From an uncultured Acidobacteriota bacterium (GTDB lineage: Bacteria; Acidobacteriota; JAQAZP01), in the NCBI GenBank assembly GCA_963836075.1, contig CAWIIB010000002.1, positions 1 through 22,681 on the forward strand: a stretch of 22,681 nt of DNA, read 5' to 3'. Every line of letters begins with the position of its first letter. Within the stretch, counting starts at the first letter, position 1. Below the pieces are notes generated by a model that was given only the letters and a program-made list of their open reading frames with translations, did no database searches and was not told the DNA's origin. Below, piece by piece: positions 20,001 through 22,681 of the stretch. The translations under genes were made by a program, and so were the position numbers.

Positions 20001-20246
20001 CTGGAGGAAGAGCAGCGCAATCAGTACTACCTGGGATACATCTCCAGCAATCCGGAAAAGGACGGGTTGTGGCGCGGGATCAAGGTGGATACCGGAGGTG
20101 AACGGGATCTGCTGGTGCGCAGCCGGCTGGGGTATTTCGCCCGCGGACGAAGCCTCACGGCGATCCAGGATTTGCAGGATCTGTTCGCCGGAACAGAGGG
20201 TGGGAGCGAACCGGCCACGGAAAAAGAGGCCGGCCCGCCCCCGTGA
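17082..20246 (+). CDS. Exported GWxTD-domain, Ig-like and VWA (Acidobacterial VWFA-type) multidomain protein, 1054 aa
   Basis: Signal peptide; FWARRDPTPDTVHNEFK...TDMGRVYTLLGQPD; LAPGDYQV...SSLLL; IDFYVDG...PPYRCLW; YVTVAD...VSGLTRDSFLLLEDGTEQEISHF; RKVLILLSDGKD; SGGRYY; RNQYYLGYISSNPEKDGLWRGIKV...RSRLGYFA. Confidence 0.88.
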   Translation: MKSHGPRSIHPKTILILATAILLTSPTGGVFPAAPEIQFEDSAEEFTLITGNWLQEVAADLPLAEEWQLYQSMRRPDDRGYFQGVFWARRDPTPDTVHNEFKYAYLARKHRARELFSCRLAGVASSDEGVSVPGDLTDMGRVYTLLGQPDGGLPLTFAPGGGAEALAAARYSPAFEWIYRKNSTLLPLSEPLTLSFQDLNSDGLPELVDEARFFGEIVPELRQKTILWPEIFYQPGGRPLDGRPMDLVDEIELVASVREYFRMGLGPADMDVQVQPQVSFFRGEEGKTSVWLTCNLFVVRGQGHAAYRVKQNQGAENLRLRGLVVGPDGDVTDRFHIRAMRSGQDEAVILSETVSPEDEPWTLRRVFDLAPGDYQVYLIAMDRATSKQGWHRLNFRVPDLGLDQLAASSLLLGNGLEPYPLIRRPMPPPFCHRGRQLTPLPAEGTIPLPLSAGPTMLYHVYLPTSGEEEGTQGLRADPRQVEASFRELTERPFLTTYRFKRAGETVLTLPGNALNELAQPVDSAEREWKVSITVPPDRLTPGEYQVEVEVILPGAGQTCLLGTGLAITEVGSAVLDQGSGESAPLRLLTRLEKRGLPEAGDEQTGARKVVITTPTAQENIFAVERLEAVPTLGPNGEEAEWIDFYVDGEHLLRDLAPPYRCLWRAYPAATDYQVTVRAHYPGAKWATDHVLLARPNNYLSLEVELQQMYVTVADPATGDYVSGLTRDSFLLLEDGTEQEISHFEQKQRQNLVAAFLFDMGIDPPQALQKLKEGAVKYITENMPQGDRAFIAAYQVRTLVQQELTGQRGLLVSAIKSLPAPDAASSRRADRMMEAISACAAELEQLEGDRKVLILLSDGKDVTAAISNRGLADQLQRSGITLYAIGINTTPPLTNNQFYNLTRDPSTFEKAMRLIGLGGFYRSKDLKRAEARNQFMERRFSESLLDTLTLASGGRYYPFDVSFRADHIRDALISLEEEQRNQYYLGYISSNPEKDGLWRGIKVDTGGERDLLVRSRLGYFARGRSLTAIQDLQDLFAGTEGGSEPATEKEAGPPP

Positions 20247-20308
20247 GGCTGACATGGTTTGCCGGCGACACCCAGGCGGGCGCCGCCGAATGTTTCAGAC
20301 CGGCCGCC

Positions 20309-22440
20309 CTACTGGGCGGTTCCGCCGGCCACGTTGGCGCCGTAGAATACGGACGTCTCGTCAAAGGCGTAGAAATCGGTGCCGGTCACCAGTTCCAGCA
20401 CGGCCCCGTCATAATTCCAACCCCGAATCAGGGTGGGTTGACCAGGACCGGGTCCCGCACCGGTGAGAATCTCGTCGTAGCCATCGTTGTCGAAATCCAC
20501 GCAATTCACGTTGACCCCGTAAGTGTAACCGGTATCGTAAGCAAAGAAGCTGACGCCGGAAATCGGCGTCAATGACCCGTTGTCAAAGTTGAAGGCCCGG
20601 ACGTGGGATGATGTCGCTTCGCCAGGTCCCGCACCGGTGACGATCTCGTCATAGCCGTCGCCGTCGATGTCACCGGCGGCGACGTGGACACCCCAGCGGT
20701 TGGTGGCGTAAGACAGGAAACTGACCTGGCTTATGGCCTGGATGGCGGCGCCGTCGAAGTTCCAGCCCCGGACGTGGGGACCGTAAACCGCGCCGGGACC
20801 GGCACCGGTGAGAATTTCGTCGATCCCGTCACCGTCGATGTCGCCGCAACTCACGTTGACGCCCCATTTCGGTGTGCCGTAGGCAAAGTAGCTGATGGCG
20901 CCGATTTCGGTCAGGGGACCGCCGTCAAAGTTCCAGCCCCGGACGTGCGGGCCGAAAACCGCGCCGGGACCGGCACCGGTGATGATCTCGTCAAAGCCGT
21001 CACCGTCCACGTCACCACAGCTCACGTTCACACCGAATTTATTCGTGCCGTAGGCCAGGTAGCTGAGGTTACCCATGGCCGTGCCGTCCCAATGGAAGGC
21101 ACGGACGTGAGGTCCGTACACCGCACCCGGTCCGGGGCCGGTGATGATCTCGTCGATGCCGTCGCCGGTGATGTCGCCGCAGACCACGTTCACGCCGTAG
21201 CCGCCCGCACCATAGGCGATGAAATCAGTGATGCCGTTTTCGATGCCGTTGACGTAGAAACCCTTGACCCGGGATTCGTTGGCCGGTCCGGGGCCCGGAC
21301 CGGCGACGAGGAAGATGGTGCCGCTGCCGCCGCCACTCTCGAACCACAGGACCTCATCACCCTCGAAGTCACAGATAACCAGGTCCACATCCATGTCGCC
21401 GTCAAGATCGCCGGCGGCCGTGCCGAAGGGGCGCACCGCGGATTCGGTGACCACCCGGCGGGTGAAGGTTTCGGCACCGTTGTTGTCGTACCAGTACATC
21501 TGCGAACCGTTGAAGGCGGTGGCGGTGATGTCCTTGTCGCCGTCGTTATCCAGGTCAGCCACCGTGGCGTGAATGGCGCCGGCCAGGTTGTTGTCAATGT
21601 TTTTCTGGGTGAAGGATTCCGAACCGTTGTTCTCCCACCAGGTGAGCCGGTTGTCGTCCATGGCGGTGGTGACGAAGTCCATGTCGCCGTCATCATCCAG
21701 ATCCACGCCCTGAATTGAAGTGGTTCCCTCGTGGTTGCCGGAGATCTGGTTTGCGGTGAAGCTTTCGCTGCCGTTGTTCGCCCACCAGACCACGTTGCCG
21801 TCGTGGAAGGAGAGGCCGGCCACATCATTGTCACCATCGTCGTCCACGTCACCAGCCCAGACCCACTGGGCCCCGTCGAGACCGGCGGTGAAGGTGTTGT
21901 GCATGGTGAAGCTCTCGCTGCCATCGTTTTCGAACCAGGAAATCTTGTCCTGGTAAAAAGAGCTGGCGAGAATGTCCATGTCGTCGTCGTCGTCCAGATC
22001 GATGACGAAACAGCAGCTGGCGTCAACAAAGCCGGTGGCGATGTTCGCCCGCGAGAATGACTCGCTGCCGTTATTTTCCCACCAGGCCAGCACGTCATGG
22101 AAGAAGGAGACGGCAATGACATCCAGGTCGCCGTCGCTGTCCAGGTCAGCCACCACCAGATGGTTCACGCCATAGAAGTTGTCCTCCACCACCACCCGCT
22201 GCGAGAATGAGCCGAGCCCGTTGTTCTCATACCAGAAAATGTCTCCATCCTCATAGGCACAAGCCACCACGTCGTTGTCCCCGTCACCGTCAAGGTCCAC
22301 CACCTGCGCGTGGCGTGGACCATCGAACTGATCGCCCACCGTGTGCTCGGAGTAGTTGAACCGTCAGCTGCCACCGGCAGGGAGATGATCATCGCGGCCA
22401 GCAAAATTGCCAGACCGCCCAGATTTGCCATTCGCCTCAT
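20309..22440 (-). CDS. Secreted FG-GAP repeat protein with two distinct propeller-like modules; frameshift near 22360
   Basis: ATG 22440 with an AAGGAGG SD and signal peptide MRRMANLGGLAILLAAMIISLPVAA. Seven DLDxDGDxD...W(W/Y/F)ENxGxxxF repeats, a GGGSG linker, then GVNVSCGDIDGDGxDEIxTGAGPGAVYGPHVRGWN repeats. Confidence 0.9.
20420..21310 (-). repeat. Intragenic tandem repeats, period about 160-171 nt
   Basis: Near-identical blocks such as ggacgtgg/cgg...gcgccgggaccggcaccggtga at 20770 and 20941 (171 nt apart), with more degenerate copies on both sides. Confidence 0.8.
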
Positions 22441-22586
22441 GTCAGGCCTCCTTTCCCTCTGTTGAACATACGCACGAAAAAAGTCTTGTTACCACATCAT
22501 CAATCAAGCAGTATCAAATCAACCGCCACCGGCGTAAACCCGGCGGCGAATCACCTCCCCGGTTCTCCTTTCCCTCCTCCCCGCTT

Positions 22587-22635
22587 GCCATTGCGAGCCC
22601 CCGATCCGCGAGGGCCACGGGAGGTCAGCGATAGG
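22587..22635. repeat. Dispersed REP-like element, copy 2
   Basis: 22589-22613 matches 2907-2931 at 22/25 nt. Confidence 0.6.
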
Positions 22636-22654
22636 AACAATGATGCCTTTCATT

Positions 22655-22681
22655 GTCATTGCGAGGAGACGACGGAGTCGT
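22655..22681. repeat. GTCATTGCGAGG REP-like palindromic element, truncated by the window end
   Basis: gtcattgcgagg (22655-22666) followed by the hairpin acgac-gga-gtcgt (22669-22681). Confidence 0.6.

Noticed and set aside
18531-20255. Long antisense ORFs (574 aa here; also 7474-8892, 13687-14940, 20684-21718, 1060-1944)
   Set aside because: These are shadows of real genes caused by high GC at third codon positions, with no recognisable motifs.
20420-21310. Periodic repeats as a CRISPR array or DGR template/variable repeat
   Set aside because: They are in-frame coding repeats without unique spacers or an adenine-specific mismatch pattern. No cas or reverse transcriptase gene is present.

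Overview
GC-rich bacterial window, probably Acidobacteriota-like (inferred from the GWxTD/VWA and ECF/zf-HC2/B-box gene types). Many genes, especially in 1-10.6 kb, are broken by single-base indels that look like long-read consensus errors, so they are reconstructed across frames and some ends are approximate. From left to right: a partial FG-GAP protein (-); a cutC, M81/MlrC metallopeptidase and sodium:solute symporter cluster (-); a GT2 glycosyltransferase (+); a LOG-family protein (-); and a stand-alone polysaccharide export cassette (-) comprising a small membrane-anchored beta-sandwich protein, an outer-membrane beta-barrel, an OPX/Wza apparently carrying an N-terminal SPOR domain, and a Wzc tyrosine kinase. 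These are followed by cvpA and an ECF sigma/anti-sigma/B-box membrane protein operon (+); a small secreted protein with a long, apparently structured 5' leader (-); a 1054-aa GWxTD-Ig-VWA protein (+); a two-module FG-GAP protein (-); and dispersed GTCATTGCGAG REP-like elements. The best novelty candidates are the SPOR-OPX fusion, the ~170-nt structured leader and the cutC-M81-SSS catabolic unit. No tRNA, rRNA, CRISPR array or transposase was recognised.
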